This document shows, one piece after another, positions 27,015 to 40,148 of a stretch of 64,000 nucleotides of DNA. The notes under the pieces were generated by a model, which was not told where the DNA came from, ran no database searches, and saw nothing but the letters and a program-made list of their open reading frames with translations. The first letter of the stretch is position 1, and each line of letters begins with the position of its first letter. The stretch comes from Potamilus streckersoni (taxonomy: Eukaryota), in assembly GCA_016746295.1 (NCBI GenBank), contig JAEAOA010000822.1, forward strand, positions 1,014,104 to 1,078,103. Reading direction: 5' to 3'. A program made the position numbers and the translations under genes.

Positions 27015-29074
27015 TGCTGATATATCAACTTGTATTTATGTATATACATGTCCTGATTACATTTCCCAACCAACAAATTATCCGAACATTTTTTTAATAC
27101 TTTAGAACAGACTTTTGTTTGACATATACCTTTGCTGTCACAATTGAGCAAACAAAAAGTAATCAAGGATCAAACATTTTGCACGCACATTTTTAGGTAC
27201 ATGTAGATAACTTTACACCAACATATTATATCTACAGTGCTTAAAAAAATCTTTTATTTTCTCTTTGAATTTAGCATAATATGTCCAGTGTTTGAAAATG
27301 TTAAGCTATAGATGTTAACTGTCATGGTAAATTGGGTTCTTGAGAGAAAATTTCAATTTTGAAAGAAAAACAAAATCTAACAAAATTTGGAAATGTTCCC
27401 TTCCTATTGTCAGCATTAGAAATGCCTACAATACAAACCAAAACAGATTAAGCAATCAAATTAAAGTTGGCTCACATAATATGTAAAGATTATTTATAGG
27501 GTACTAACATTCTTTTTTAATGATCATGGGTGAAATATGCAACACAGCTAAATATAATTGATTTAATTACATGGAGTTCATGCTCTTCGTTATGCAACAA
27601 ATCATTATTTATTTCTATTCCACTTATTTTCTACAAATGAACACTATAATGTAGAGACCCTCACCTGCACTGTGAAAGGCAAATAATCATTAAAGAATCA
27701 AGACATAACAAACGTCATCTGTGAAGTTGCAAGTGTAAAGTGTCTTGTGTTAGGAATAAGAACATTTAATCTATCTTTGAAAAGAAAAATTAACGAAAAT
27801 GACTTTACAGTATAGCTCCATACACAATATAGAAAATGTTGGTATCAAAGTTGTCTTTTGCAAAGATAGTTGACTAAAGTCTACTCTCAAAGTAAACATT
27901 TTATAAACAATTTATTTACAGAACTACTCTAACATAAATTGAGCCTATGTTCATTTACGTCCAAATAATATCAAACCTATGGAAAGATTATAAATAGGAT
28001 ATCATAACCTAACAAAAATATCATTATTATTCCAACATGTTTAGTATAGTGAGTTGCAATACCTGCCAAAGACCTCAAACAATTGGGTTTTTTTTGGCAC
28101 ACAAGAGAATGTACATGGCAAACTATATATTTCGTAGAGAAAGAATTAAAATCCCAAAGAACCATGGATGCTACTGACGAGCTGAAACTCAAATCAACCT
28201 TGATGGAGGCTAGGATTTATAAGTTGCGAGTCGTGAACCACTCAACCACCTTGGGTACCTCCTACAAATGGCAAGTTTGTTTAAACTCCTGCTTTCAGTA
28301 TGTGAATTTTCAAAAGGTCAAGCTTTTCTTAGAAATATGTTGGGAATCAATTTATACACAACTACAGATTTTTTACACAACAAATGGACCATATGACAAA
28401 AATTATTTGCCCCAAAATTTCACAAATGCTCATAAATTTGGCACAAAACCCACTCTGGAACTGGGTAAGACCCCTAGAAGAACTACAACCACACAGGAAG
28501 CTGCAGGCAAACTTTATAACAAACCCATGTTGATCAAACTTAAACATGTACAGAGTTGAGATGTCTGTGATCTGTAATAAAGGCGAGTTCGACCATTTGT
28601 CCACCCAGGACCCCCACAACGAGGGAAGAAATTCCAAAAGCAGTTAAAAGCACAGTACCAAATCTCATGAAACTACCATCTAGTTGAAATTGTAAGGATA
28701 ATATCTTCCTTAAATGTTAACCCTGAAAATGTAGTTCATCTATGTCACAATATTTGAATTTTCAAAAAAGATGACTGTTGAATGGGTGTATCTACATCAA
28801 TGTATACCAATACACATTGTATTAGTCTTGTACATAGTATATATATACACATCAATCCATTATGAGCATATACAAGTAACAGAAAGTATATAACATAACT
28901 ATTGTAATGTGATCTGCATAATACATGTAATCCTTTTCTTTCCTTTCATCATGAACATATCTATACTTGTCCAGGACACTTTTTAGGTATTTAAAAAAAA
29001 ACAGCTAGATGGAGATGTAAGGACTGAAAAGGAGGACATGTCCTGGAAAAAGAGTGTATAAGGAAATCCTAGTT

Positions 29075-29128
29075 TAACTGAGTCAAACTCGCGCTGACAG
29101 AAGTGAGATGTCTGATCTGTAAAGATAA
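29075..29128 (+). mobile_element. Short fragment related to SINE family Y
   Basis: 'actcgcgctgacagaagtgagatgtctgatctgtaa' parallels 'actcgaacccacgcagacagaagtgagatgggagtgatccgtaa' of the 8288-8533 copy in the same strand sense. A related 'gagatgtctgtgatctgtaa' occurs at 28555-28577. Confidence 0.3.
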
Positions 29129-31463
29129 AATAACAATTTAAATAAAAATAAAATTTATCTGAACATGGCACCAATTCTGACCAACATATTTACCTTTGCA
29201 AACGAATGAAACATTTGGTGTAGAATCTGCACAAGAATATCCATTCTTTTTAAAAACATTTTTATTCATTGTCTTTAAAAAAGACAGTTCTCTTTGGATC
29301 CTCATTTTTGTAGAATGACAATTTCTTTTTTATCTACACCTTCAATGGCGTTTTAGGCTACTTGTACATAATTTGCTTCCATAATTTGATGGCTTAAGTC
29401 ATTAAAAGAGATTCAATAAGTAACTGTTGTACATGTGTATTTTGTCCCAAACCATGACCTTTTAACAGCCAAAACACAATTTTAAAAATGGGCTGTTCCA
29501 GTAAAACATTCCCTCTGGGGGAAGGCCCTTTCAAAATTAACAAACCCACAACAGAAGCAATTTAAAAAATTATGATCCACTGTCTTATGTTTTAATTAAA
29601 AAAAAACACTAACCCTAACCCCCTATAAAATCAAACCAAACTGAATCAACCAACTAATCAACTGGCGCAACAGCAGCAAAGGTACTAGTCCTTCATTTTT
29701 GCCACAGATGTAAGAGTTTATTAAATTCGACTATAGTAATTTTTGTAGACCTTTGAATAATGTCAATTATGCCATTATAATAGTTACTTTAAAGTCATCA
29801 TCAGTTGGTGCAAATGGATTTTTCATGGCAAAAGTGAGGTGGTGAAGTCTTGAGTAATCCTGCATTACACATTGCCAAAAAGTTTACATTTCAGCTCACT
29901 AACAGTGTCCATTGTTCCAACCAGAACTGTTAACTTATTCAAGCTATAGTCACCAATATCTGGAGATGTGCATCTGTAATAACTAATTGTAACAAACGTA
30001 TGAAAATGCATGTGTTTTTTAATGATGCATTTGAACTGAGAAATAACCAGAATCAACAAACCAAGAAATTAAATTATTCACATCTCTCAGGCATAACCTG
30101 TCAAAAGCTTTTGCAATCTTTAACCTAATATAAAAGTTGTGCCATTTTTCTCACCCCAAAATCAAGAGGCTTTTCTGCAATACTTAGTACATGTTGTCCA
30201 CAAACCCATGTTATGGTAGATACAGAATTACAATTACATAAAAACTGTTTATCTCCTGTCAAAATGCCACTAACCTTTGACATTAACATCATATCATTAG
30301 GCTCCATTCTTACAAAGAGTAAAATTTGTAAAATTTTGGAAAATGTACATTGTCAATAATGTGAATTTTTGTTCTGAATCATTTTTTTCAGCCACAATGT
30401 CCTTGAACTTTGATATTTCAATAGACAACACATAAGCTTCTTCCCTAGGCAGAGTTCAAGTCATTCCCCTCTCCCAAGTCTGGTAAAAGTAACATGACAG
30501 ACATCATAATAAGATACATCCTACCATTTCTTATGCATATAACACTAGTATTATATATTCAGTAATACCCAACAACCAGATATACAATTAAAACGTGCTT
30601 CTATCATACCTGGTCAATATTATAAAAACTATTAAGCTTCATATTTTTTCCAACAAAAATAATCCAATTTAATTGCAGAATTGTAAATGTGGATCAAAAT
30701 ATCTTTGGAATCTTTTCATTGAAGAATGAAAATTTCTAAGATGGCAGCTGAACCATCCACTTCTGTATTGGTAAAATATAATAGTAAAACATCTCCAGTT
30801 TGTTTTAAACAGTGCTTTTTCTCCCCTCTGACCTGAAAAAACTTGACCATAAGAACAACAAAAAAGACAAAGAACTGCATCACAATTCATAAAATTGAGG
30901 GGTTTTTTGTTCATTATTTTGATCTAAAGGTTCAAAACCATTCTAGTCTAGTGTGTATTATAGTGCATATAGATGCACAAGCTTGCTCTGCCACAATCCA
31001 TCCCTTGCTCCTTGTACTTAATCTTTTTCACAGAAATCTAACAATGTATCGATATCTTACCAGAAAAAGAAAAAAAAATGTCAAATCCAACCTAAATTAA
31101 AAAATTTGCCATTATTGAAAAATTTGAAAGTGAATTCAACGCATGGGAAATCAATAGTAAAAACAGCATGGTCATTTTCATGGCGGACATTATATAATTT
31201 TAAAAATAAAATATTATACATGCATGTGAAAAGGCAAAATAGAATATGCATGGAATCATGATGGAATAAAGTCATAACTGTCAATTAAGAAATTTATCAA
31301 TCAGACATTATAAAGTCACTAACATGATACAAAGTTGGAGAATGTTCCCACATTGACTGCCAGATCACCTGTAAAGAAAGCATGAACAGCAAAAGAAATT
31401 TATCAATTACCTTATAATGACCCACCCCTTCAATGAAGGGGGCACATGTAATCGCCCCAGCTT

Positions 31464-31591
31464 TTATTGCTGGGGGGCAGCTTGCTGGCCCTGCTGCTGC
31501 TGCTGTGCCTGTTGGAGGATCAAGTTGGCTTGGTAGTGCATTCCCTGTTGTCGATAGTACTCTGCCCATGCTGCACTGTAGTCGGGCTGTC
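31464..31591 (-). CDS. FUBP/KHSRP: FUBP-like terminal coding exon Q ('(G)QPDYSAAWAEYYRQQGMHYQANLILQQAQQQQQGQQAAPQQ*'), stop TAA at 31464-31466. The 3'UTR continues to lower coordinates.
   Basis: Acceptor 'ttttatcgtgttcag|GACAGCCCGACTAC'. 'QPDYSAAWAEYYRQQ' is identical to the human FUBP1 C-terminal motif. It is in a different frame from the listed ORF 31297-31599. Confidence 0.9.
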
Positions 31592-32000
31592 CTGAACACG
31601 ATAAAATGCTTCAGTTGAAAAAAAATGCTTACTGTGTATCAATAAAAGAAAATTATCCATCACTGCAAATTTTTAAAACTTTCCCTCATGAATTTTGTCA
31701 AAGTAAAATACAAGTGACCTGATAATTCTTATCATATTAGATATGACCAATACACATGCTACCAGTTGCTTTAACATCATATTTAAAGACATGGGAAAGT
31801 TTCTGGCAGATATTGTATCTATTGTAGTTAATGTAATAAATATAAAAATACACAAATTTCATTTCCTGTTCAACATTTCTCGTTACAATGCACATGCCAT
31901 GTTATTACATGAATATCAGTTTAAGCAAACTTCCCAGTCCATTATTTCAACTTAAAATACAATGTCCTACCGAAAACCACAAAATGTTATGTACGAGTAC

Positions 32001-32147
32001 CTGAATGGGTCTGTGTGGGTGTAGTTGATGCAGGCTGTTGCTGCTGAGCAGGCTGTTGCTGCTGAGCAGGCTGTTGCTGGGCATACTGAGCATAATACTG
32101 GGCATAATAGGCTGCCCAAGCTGCAGCATTTGGATCCTGCGCTTTAG
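32001..32147 (-). CDS. FUBP/KHSRP: FUBP-like exon P (first Tyr-rich motif, '(S)KAQDPNAAAWAAYYAQYYAQYAQQQPAQQQQPAQQQQPASTTPTQTHS').
   Basis: Acceptor 'ttttttctcaccatatag|CTAAAGCGCAGG', donor 'CATTCAG|gtactcgt'. Matches human 'DPNSAAWAAYYAHYYQQQ'. Confidence 0.9.
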
Positions 32148-33431
32148 CTATATGGTGAGAAAAAAGTAACACAATTCAAGTCTCATTTATTTCATCACTT
32201 TATGTAGCAAACTATCTTGTAGAATGTTGCATATGAAACGAATCATCAACAACTGTTGCATTAATACACACAGGAACTTGAACCCAATAGAGCATATGCT
32301 TATTATTCCTTTCTGTCATTACTGATCCAGACACCCCATCACTTTATGGATGACAAATCATGTTTCTAACAGAATACAAGCACAACAGATCAGAATACTT
32401 CATGTTTTAATCCCATATCCTGAGCATTTAACTGTACCGATTTAAAAACTTAAGTATTTTTACTTGCCATGTGCCACCATGTGGAAAGTCTACAAAGGCA
32501 TACTATTTATCCTTTGCACACAAAATTTGCAATTTCTGAAAATTTTCATCATGGTATAATCCTAAATCAGTTGCTTTTTTATTTCATGACCCTCTAATAT
32601 TCTCAATGAAAAAGCACCAAGCTAACTCAGACCAGTATTCAATTACTTTTGTATCAAGTGCTTAGGTCAATTATTATAAGTATTATAGTGATTTATACAG
32701 GTATCATTAAATTCCAGTTTGCAAATGTTATCTTGCTAGAACTTAATGGGTTTTTTAAAACAAAAAATAGCAATTCTGCCAAGATTGGAATTGCTGGCAT
32801 GTCTGCTAACATGCCCAAAATTATAATAAAAACCAAGGGAATAAAGTTCAAACAAACAAGGACCTCAACTGCATTTTTTAAAAAAAAGAAAGCAAGTTCA
32901 TATGTTATTAGTATAGAGTCTTGTACCTGATTGAAGTCCTTTTTAAAAAAAAATAGAGGAAAAATTCTTAACAGATGACAAAAAGTCATGATAGTCAAAG
33001 TCAAATTTTGGCAACTATGTCTCTCCTTGAGCATATTAAATATTGTTAACTTGATTTATTGAAGACAATAGGGACATTCCAAAAGAGACTATTGCATGCA
33101 TTATGTATGAGTATCAAAGCAAGTTCAAGACACAAACAACAAAATGCCAAATAAAAAAAAAAATGAAAAACGGCTTGCACCTGGAAATTTAAGAAACTCG
33201 TTTGCAGATATAAGTATGGTGAAAAGGTTGAATTAAAGGCTATTTACAGTTTATTCTTGAACACGTATTTGGGGGATTTCAAGAGATTCTAAAAGAAAGT
33301 TTTAATAATCCAATAAACAACGAAAAATAAGATGTGCTTCTGTTCATAAATATATTTACTATAAACACAAAAATAAAACTTCAGTATAGATCACTTGCAG
33401 TCTGTATGACAAATTGGCTTATAAGACTTAC

Positions 33432-33547
33432 AAGGATCGGAGCCAGGTTGTTGTTGTTGCTGCTGCTGTTGAGGATATCCTTGCTGACCATATCCACCTC
33501 CCCATCCTTGCGCAGCATACTGGTTACCTCCATATGGAGGTTGTTGC
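33432..33547 (-). CDS. FUBP/KHSRP: FUBP-like exon O ('(G)QQPPYGGNQYAAQGWGGGYGQQGYPQQQQQQQQPGSDP').
   Basis: Acceptor 'tactattttccag|GCAACAACCTCC', donor 'GATCCTT|gtaagtctt'. Gln/Tyr/Gly-rich as in the FUBP C-terminus. Confidence 0.8.
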
Positions 33548-33621
33548 CTGGAAAATAGTATTGTGTGTTTAGCATTCATATCCCTTTTATAACTTTGGGT
33601 CACATTGTAATAAACAGTAAG

Positions 33622-33972
33622 CATTTGTCAGGCCCTGAAAATAATTTATTTTAAAAAAGGATTTCTAAAAAAAAAAAATTGTTACTACTGCATACATGCA
33701 AACTCAATGCATGATAAAATAAAACAAGATCCATACACCCCTAATTTAAACAATTACAAGAAAATGTAAAATATCTAAACTGACTAAAAATCTGCATTTG
33801 TCAGGCCCTGAAAATAATTTATTTTAAAAAGGGATTTCTATATAAAAAAATGTCCCTACTGCATACATGCAAACTCAATGCATGATAAAATAAAACAAGA
33901 TCCATACACCCCTAATTTAAACAATTACAAGAAAATGTAAAATATTATCTAAACTGACTAAAAATCTGATTG
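33622..33972. repeat. Intronic tandem duplication, 2 copies of about 173 bp
   Basis: 'catttgtcaggccctgaaaataatttattttaaaaa.ggatttcta...ctgcatacatgcaaactcaatgcatgataaaataaaacaagatccatacacccctaatttaaacaattacaagaaaatgtaaaata...tctaaactgactaaaaatctg' occurs at 33622-33794 and again at 33795-33972, with a few indels. It lies in the intron between FUBP exons O and N. Confidence 0.8.
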
Positions 33973-34888
33973 TCATTTATCTATAAAAACTGAATTCACC
34001 AATGTCTACTTCAAAATGTTTTTTATTATTAAATCATGCCAAGGTTCTCACTATAGAAGTAAAAATCTTAAGCACAGTGACCTTACATTTAAATACAGTC
34101 AATGTTTGCACAACTCATGGTTGACAGGAAATTATTGGCAGTCATAACAAGCATTTGCATAACTAGTTTGAATGGATTTGGAAACTTCTTTTTGCTTTTT
34201 AAGTACAATTTTTCACCTCACTGTCTCTTCCAAAATTTTTTTCACAAAAAAGCATTCTGCCCAAGTTTTGCTCTTTTAATTGGTACTTAGTAGTCTCAAC
34301 TTCTAGATTTCTTATCTATTCCATAATGCTGTAGTCTGCCTTTACACACAGTGGCATTTTGATCAAATCAATGTCATCACTTTTTTTCTTTTCTGATATT
34401 TACTTCTCTATCAAGATCAAAAGCAATCTCTGTAGCACAAAATCATTGTGCTGAACTATGTGAGGAATAAAATTTGCACTACACTTTTAAACTGAATTTT
34501 AACAAGGCATGATATCATTTTCTCTATTAGAGATACCATAGAAATGGTGAGGGGGCAACCAACATGTCATCTATTTCAGGTCTTCTAGGGAAAGCTTTTT
34601 TTAAAAAAAACATTTGGAAAACTATGATGAACACAAGCATCAAACTATGAAGGAATCCTTGTAACATTAATTGATGATAAGCAAACATTCCCATGTGTAA
34701 AGAGTTGCCCAAGGAAAGACGTTAATATCAACAATTTAAAAAAGAAAAATCACATACAACACAGAGTAGACTTATTTTACAGGTACAACTTTGAACTAGT
34801 TCTCAAGCAACTCTGCTTTTCAAGTACACAAATCAGTACCAAATCTGGACATTTGCACCCAAGACCTGGCAGCATCTAAAAAGCTTAC

Positions 34889-35049
34889 CCTGGTTGTCCA
34901 TACTGATTTCCCCAACCTTGACTGCCTCCATACTGCTCACCATATCCCCCAGGACCTTGTGGACCTGGGCCATGTGGGCCTGGACCACCTGGTCCACCAG
35001 GACCGCCAGGTCCCCCTGGCCCACCAGGACCTCCTGGACCCCCCGGTCC
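34889..35049 (-). CDS. FUBP/KHSRP: FUBP-like exon N (Pro/Gly-rich, seven 'GPG' triplet-codon repeats then 'PHGPGPQGPGGYGEQYGGSQGWGNQYGQP').
   Basis: Acceptor 'gttattctattgcag|GGACCGGGGGGT', donor 'CAACCAGG|gtaagcttt'. Parallels the human '[44 protein letters not shown]' region. Confidence 0.85.
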
Positions 35050-35303
35050 CTGCAATAGAATAACATGTAATTGAAGATCAATATAATAACAAAGAAACAA
35101 AATTATAGATCAATGTAATGATACACTACTCAACCTGGAGAACTGCACATTCAAATTTCATTACAATGTGTACATGCAATATTAAAAATAAATTTAATCT
35201 CTGCACAAACTGCAAAAGTCAATGGTTATAAATGTTAAAGGGTCATTAGAACTTCAAAACAACCCACCCACCCCATTTTAAATATACTGGCATGCAAACT
35301 TAC

Positions 35304-35467
35304 CATTGAAAGACCAGATTTCTCACTTATCAGTTCTATGGCATGCTGAATTTGAGATGGTGTTCCACGAATGTTGAAAATCTTCTCGTTTGGATTTGGC
35401 CCTGGCTGTCTGGAAAGCTCAACATGGGCTCCACTTTGCTGGTTAATCTGCTTGATTGTTTCACCAC
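35304..35467 (-). CDS. FUBP/KHSRP: FUBP-like exon M (KH4 core, '(G)[54 protein letters not shown]').
   Basis: Acceptor 'ttttcttttgcccaaaaag|GTGGTGAAACAATC', donor 'TTTCAATG|gtaagtttg'. Matches human '[52 protein letters not shown]'. Confidence 0.9.
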
Positions 35468-38305
35468 CTTTTTGGGCAAAAGAAAACAAGATACATAAAT
35501 GGACAAGCTTTTTTAGAAGTTGGAGGTGCCAACCCTTAATTTTGTTAATCTGTTAACACAAGGTCCAATTTCTCTCATTTACAACTAAATACTTTAAAGT
35601 TCAAAATCAAAATCTGTATCACCAGTCCAGAATTTTCTAATTTACAATAAAAAATCTGTAACTTTCAGAATTAAAACCTGTGGTAAGGTGTAATTCTCTA
35701 ATAAAAAACAGATTTATACATACCTTGGTATGATCATTAGACCCTTTGATAAGCACAACAAAATGCACTTTAAACTTCTTTACTTTTTTGCTGATCTGTT
35801 GTCTTTTCGAGTTTTCTAACATTAAAAGCATCATTCTTTTTCCCATTTTCTTGGATGAAATTAATTTTTTTAAGGTTGACTTATTAACCATAATGAACAG
35901 AATCTAAAATGTGCATTTCAAGATCTAAAGACTAATAACACTTGAACCAGACACAGGGACCATGTACTAAACCATGGGATACATCACCAGAAAGGTGCAC
36001 AATTAATGAAATGAGTACAAATTGCAGAGAACTCATTTAAATCAATATTTAAAAAAATGGTTTGATAAATTTTTGAGGTGGAAAAGGATTGCTTTAATTT
36101 CCACAAAGTGGTCTTAAAAAATTAAAAAACTTTTACATCAGTAGGTCCCATTTCATTTTCAAAGCTCCAATTATACAGGAGAGTAAAAATATCTGTCCAT
36201 TTCAACAGATATGCCTCCTGATCAATACTTTCCTTAATTCAATTAGTGTATCAACTTGTCCACTTCACTACAAGCAATCAGAATTTAAAGAAAATGTGGC
36301 ACCCAATGCAAATTTGGTACTGCAAAATTTAAAGCCTGCGATGTTCACTGGAACCTATATGCATTATTTTAACCCATTTCCGTTGCTGTCTGTAACAAAG
36401 CAAACTTGGCTTCCATTCCAATATGTCCTTCACTGACAACAGGTACGCAAAATGGTCCAAGTAACCAACACATGCCCAGGAGTGTATTAAAAAATGTACA
36501 ATTTTATTTTGCTACTAACCTGGACCAGCTGTTAAAAACTAAAATACTGCCTGATTATTTACATACAGCACAGGTTTAACTTTTGATAAATTTTTCTAAT
36601 GTCCACATATTCTGCAATGAGCATTGCATGTTCAGAGTTCACTCTCTTGTTCTTTTCAAATTTGTAATGCATGGATTTGACATTTTCTAATCTGACATTT
36701 TGAAATTAGAAATGAACCATTTGATAGTACATTTTTCACTCACATAACATTCATGGGCCACATCAATCAATTCTGGTTTGCTAAATATCTAGAGTCTTAT
36801 TGTTTTCTTCAAAAGTACAGACTGGTCACCAGACAAAATGTTTTATTACTTTTGAGACTATGCAAACACATGTATAGATTTAGGTAAATGTACTTCTTGA
36901 GACTTCTCAAATTTATATGACAATTGGCATTAAAGTGATGATAAAAATGAAAAACAATTTTACTGCGTTAAAAGTGTAATCCATATACATGAAAGTATTA
37001 AGACATAATTTGGTGAAATGAGCACTTTGGTTGACCTATGATTCAGTATTTACTTGACCCTGGGCTAGGAATACAAATTCAGGCAGTCTGGAAGCGATAG
37101 AATATTTTTTTTTCCTGAGCCATTCTTATGCCTGATTTTGGACCTAAACTTTACGTTCAGTGTAATCTATGTCTGAATACTTACTGTAGTCACTGCCATC
37201 ACCATGGATTCTGCACTGAAAATTCAGCCAATAGTTGCTACATTTCACAATGTTTGAAGTAATATGCATTGCAAAGACGAGGGTCTTTGATGGCTGGATG
37301 CATACATGTGTTGCATCTTTCATCAGTCAATATTAATGTCACACACCTTGCAATATCAATTAATCTCCTGTTTGTGCTGCAACAATACACTGCCATATTT
37401 GGGCATACTCAATTCTCAAGTTCTGCAGGTCTTTTCCTAGCAAAGTGTGAAAACACTGACTCAACTTTAGACAATCACTGCAAAATAATCACTTTTAAAA
37501 TATACCAGAACTTAAGTGTGCTCAAGCTTTTCTGAGGAAACAAAAATCAAAGACTGATTTATATATACTGATGCCAATACAACACTGCAGCATCATATCT
37601 GCTTACTGCTGGAGACATAAATGTAACCCAACTGAAAAAAATATAAATAAAATAATCTAATAGATTTTCTTCTGCCAAAACTAAATGCATTCTTCCTGCT
37701 ATGGCAATTGCAATTTAATCCTCAATGTAAAACATGAAAATAAAAATAACTATTCAAAACTGCTGATTAAATTACCCTAAATAGGGTAAGCATAGTTTTG
37801 CTTCTGTTCTTCACCACTTATATTAATATGGGTGTTGATATTTAAAATGTATCAACAGGTCAATAATTTTGCCCCTAATAATAAATCTAGTGGTGAAAAT
37901 TCCTACTTGTATGACTTTCCATCCACAAGTTGAAGCAATAATGAGCTTTTCCAAATGACTGCAGTCATGGTTATACAGTTTGTTAGATGACAACCTTTCA
38001 TTCCAAGTCAAATGGGCATCCCAAGTCTTTATGTCAGTACAACAATATGCTTATGATAGCCAGAGATAACCCAACTGATATCCAATTGGCACATTTTCAT
38101 TCGAGGCTAACTAAATGTACCTTTAGGATAAATGTATCTATAAAGTTTCATAGCAATCCTCCAAGAAGTTTCGGAGAAGCCAAGGTAACAAACTTTTTCA
38201 AACAAACATACAAGAGATGACAGGCCATCCAAAAAGCTTTGGTCTATGGCCAGTAGAATAAAAATTGTCCATTTGTTTCATTGAAAGCATAGAACATATA
38301 CCAAC

Positions 38306-38492
38306 CTTTTCCAATGACCAAGCCACACTTATCAGCTGGTACACCATAGGTAGTTTGGTCCTGGAAATTTCCATCATCATATCCTCTACCCATTCCTCTT
38401 CCTGGACCACCTGGTGGGAACCCTCCTCGACCGCCACGGCCACCTCCACGCCCTCTCCCAGGGCCACCAAAACCTCGTCCCATTCCTGGGAA
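38306..38492 (-). CDS. FUBP/KHSRP: FUBP-like exon L (Gly/Arg-rich linker plus KH4 start, 'FPGMGRGFGGPGRGRGGGRGGRGGFPPGGPGRGMGRGYDDGNFQDQTTYGVPADKCGLVIGK').
   Basis: Acceptor 'taattttacag|TTCCCAGGAATGGG', donor 'GGAAAAG|gttggtat'. This split position gives 'IGK|GGETIKQ' across the intron. Matches human 'GGRGRGRGQGNW...EFNFIVPTGKTGLIIGKG'. Confidence 0.85.
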
Positions 38493-39602
38493 CTGTAAAA
38501 TTAAATGGCATATTGTTTAAGTATTCACTCATGGTATGAAAATAAATTTTAATCTAGCCAAACTAAATTTAAACAATGAGTGATCTGGTGAGCAAGTTTC
38601 TCTCAAAATTACTAACTTCATCACTTCAATGATCAGTACTGCATTATAAAACAATCTCAAAATAAATCTAAATTATTTACACTGATTACATGTGCTACTT
38701 TTTTGGCAGACAAATTTACTAAGATCCACAAACTTCACACTGTCATGATATGACGCTGTGAGTCTTGAACTTCCTTAATCAGTATACAATATATTTGTTT
38801 GCAAAACTTTTCATGCTGGTTAATCTTAGAAACTAAAATTGTTGTAAATTTTCAGCACCTAAAGAGGTACTAGTTTGACTTCTTTTCCCTCACAATAGAA
38901 AATAATCTTTCAAGGCCACTGTTGTTGATCTCCAGATGAGAAAGACTGGTTATATTCAACAAGAAAGCTCACAATTTTTCAGGACCTCAGTAGGTGGCCT
39001 GAAGTACTCCAAAACAATCTGCTGGGTGGTACAAATAGCAGTGTGCCTTTTTACATCATTCTGCCTCATGCACACAGAGGGCTAACATCATTGAATATAA
39101 ATTAATCTGCCATTGATGTACCATATAATAATACCACATGGTACATGTATGATAGATAAATAGCAAGCAACAATACCAGCCCTTCCCAACTGTGTCCAAG
39201 CATAATGAATATCAATGTCTGATGGCTAAATGCTAGGCCAAATTTGTGTACTCCATTCTACACATCACTTTCCCTGGAATACAAATCTTTTTCCTTGCAG
39301 ACTAATTTAAGTATGAAATGGTATCAATTCTAATCCTTGAAACAGCTGCCTTCATGTAGTTTCACAACTTTTCAAAATGTAATGTCTAATTAGTGTAGGC
39401 CCCAGCTTCTTTCAAACACATTTGTAAAACTAATACACGTTGATTAAAATATGCTAAAATGTTTGCTACAGAACCAACAGCACCAATCGGCTATAAATAA
39501 ATAAGAAATGGAGAATACCAGACTTTTTCTTGCATGCAGTGTGAATTCATGAATCACAAAAAAGTTTTGAAATTCACAGGATTGGCAGCTATGGTCTAAG
39601 AC

Positions 39603-39603
<1 letters not shown>

Positions 39604-39658
<55 letters not shown>
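39604..39658. repeat. (AT)n microsatellite (intronic)
   Basis: Uninterrupted atatat... run. Confidence 0.95.
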
Positions 39659-39659
<1 letters not shown>

Positions 39660-40038
39660 ACTTGAACTGCTACCACATCCAATGTTATTAGTTTAGAGGG
39701 GGTATGTTCCTTATAGCTAGACGCAGTTACCAAGGGGCGTAGGGTAGGGGAGGGCATAGGGACAGACTCCAAAATCATGTTTCTCAGCTATGCTCCTGTC
39801 CAGTTGTGACTAGCGATGCAAGCAAGCCTGAATATATTTTGTGTAATCAATACTCTACAATTTTTCAAGCACATAATCCTAGATGTCTTTTTTTTTATAA
39901 TAAACAGGTCTTAATACTTCTATTGCAATGATTGTTTTTAAATGTGCCATCTTTATTTGTAAAAAAAAAAATTATCCCTGAAACGTCGTTCATACAAATG
40001 AAATAACACCATCAAGCCCATTCAAGCCACAAGACTTA

Positions 40039-40148
40039 CATCACCAACATTTGCCTGCTGTAGGAGCTCATTTATCATACTAGCTGCTTGCTGTACTCTG
40101 TCTGGTGGACCTGTGATAGCACAGATTCTTTCAGGAGATTGTCCATCA
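40039..40148 (-). CDS. FUBP/KHSRP: FUBP-like exon K (KH3 C-terminal, '(D)DGQSPERICAITGPPDRVQQAASMINELLQQANVGD').
   Basis: Acceptor 'ttactattgtag|ATGATGGACAATC', donor 'GTTGGTGAT|gtaagtctt'. Matches human '[37 protein letters not shown]'. It lies inside the listed minus ORF 40022-40234. Confidence 0.9.

Noticed and set aside
26803-27166. ORFs with '(IY)n' repeats on both strands
   Set aside because: They are translations of the (TA)n microsatellite at 26957-27009.
31297-31599. Minus ORF 31297-31599 ('...PTGTAAAAGPASCPPAIKAG...') as the C-terminal exon
   Set aside because: It is in the wrong frame. The +1 frame gives 'QPDYSAAWAEYYRQQ...' ending at TAA 31464-31466, which matches the FUBP C-terminus exactly.
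38265-38498. Plus-strand ORFs overlapping FUBP exons (38265-38498, 43395-43643, 43568-43822, 48837-49055, 31433-31618, 35371-35556)
   Set aside because: They are antisense or out-of-frame to well-supported minus-strand exons and have no homology. They are typical shadow ORFs.
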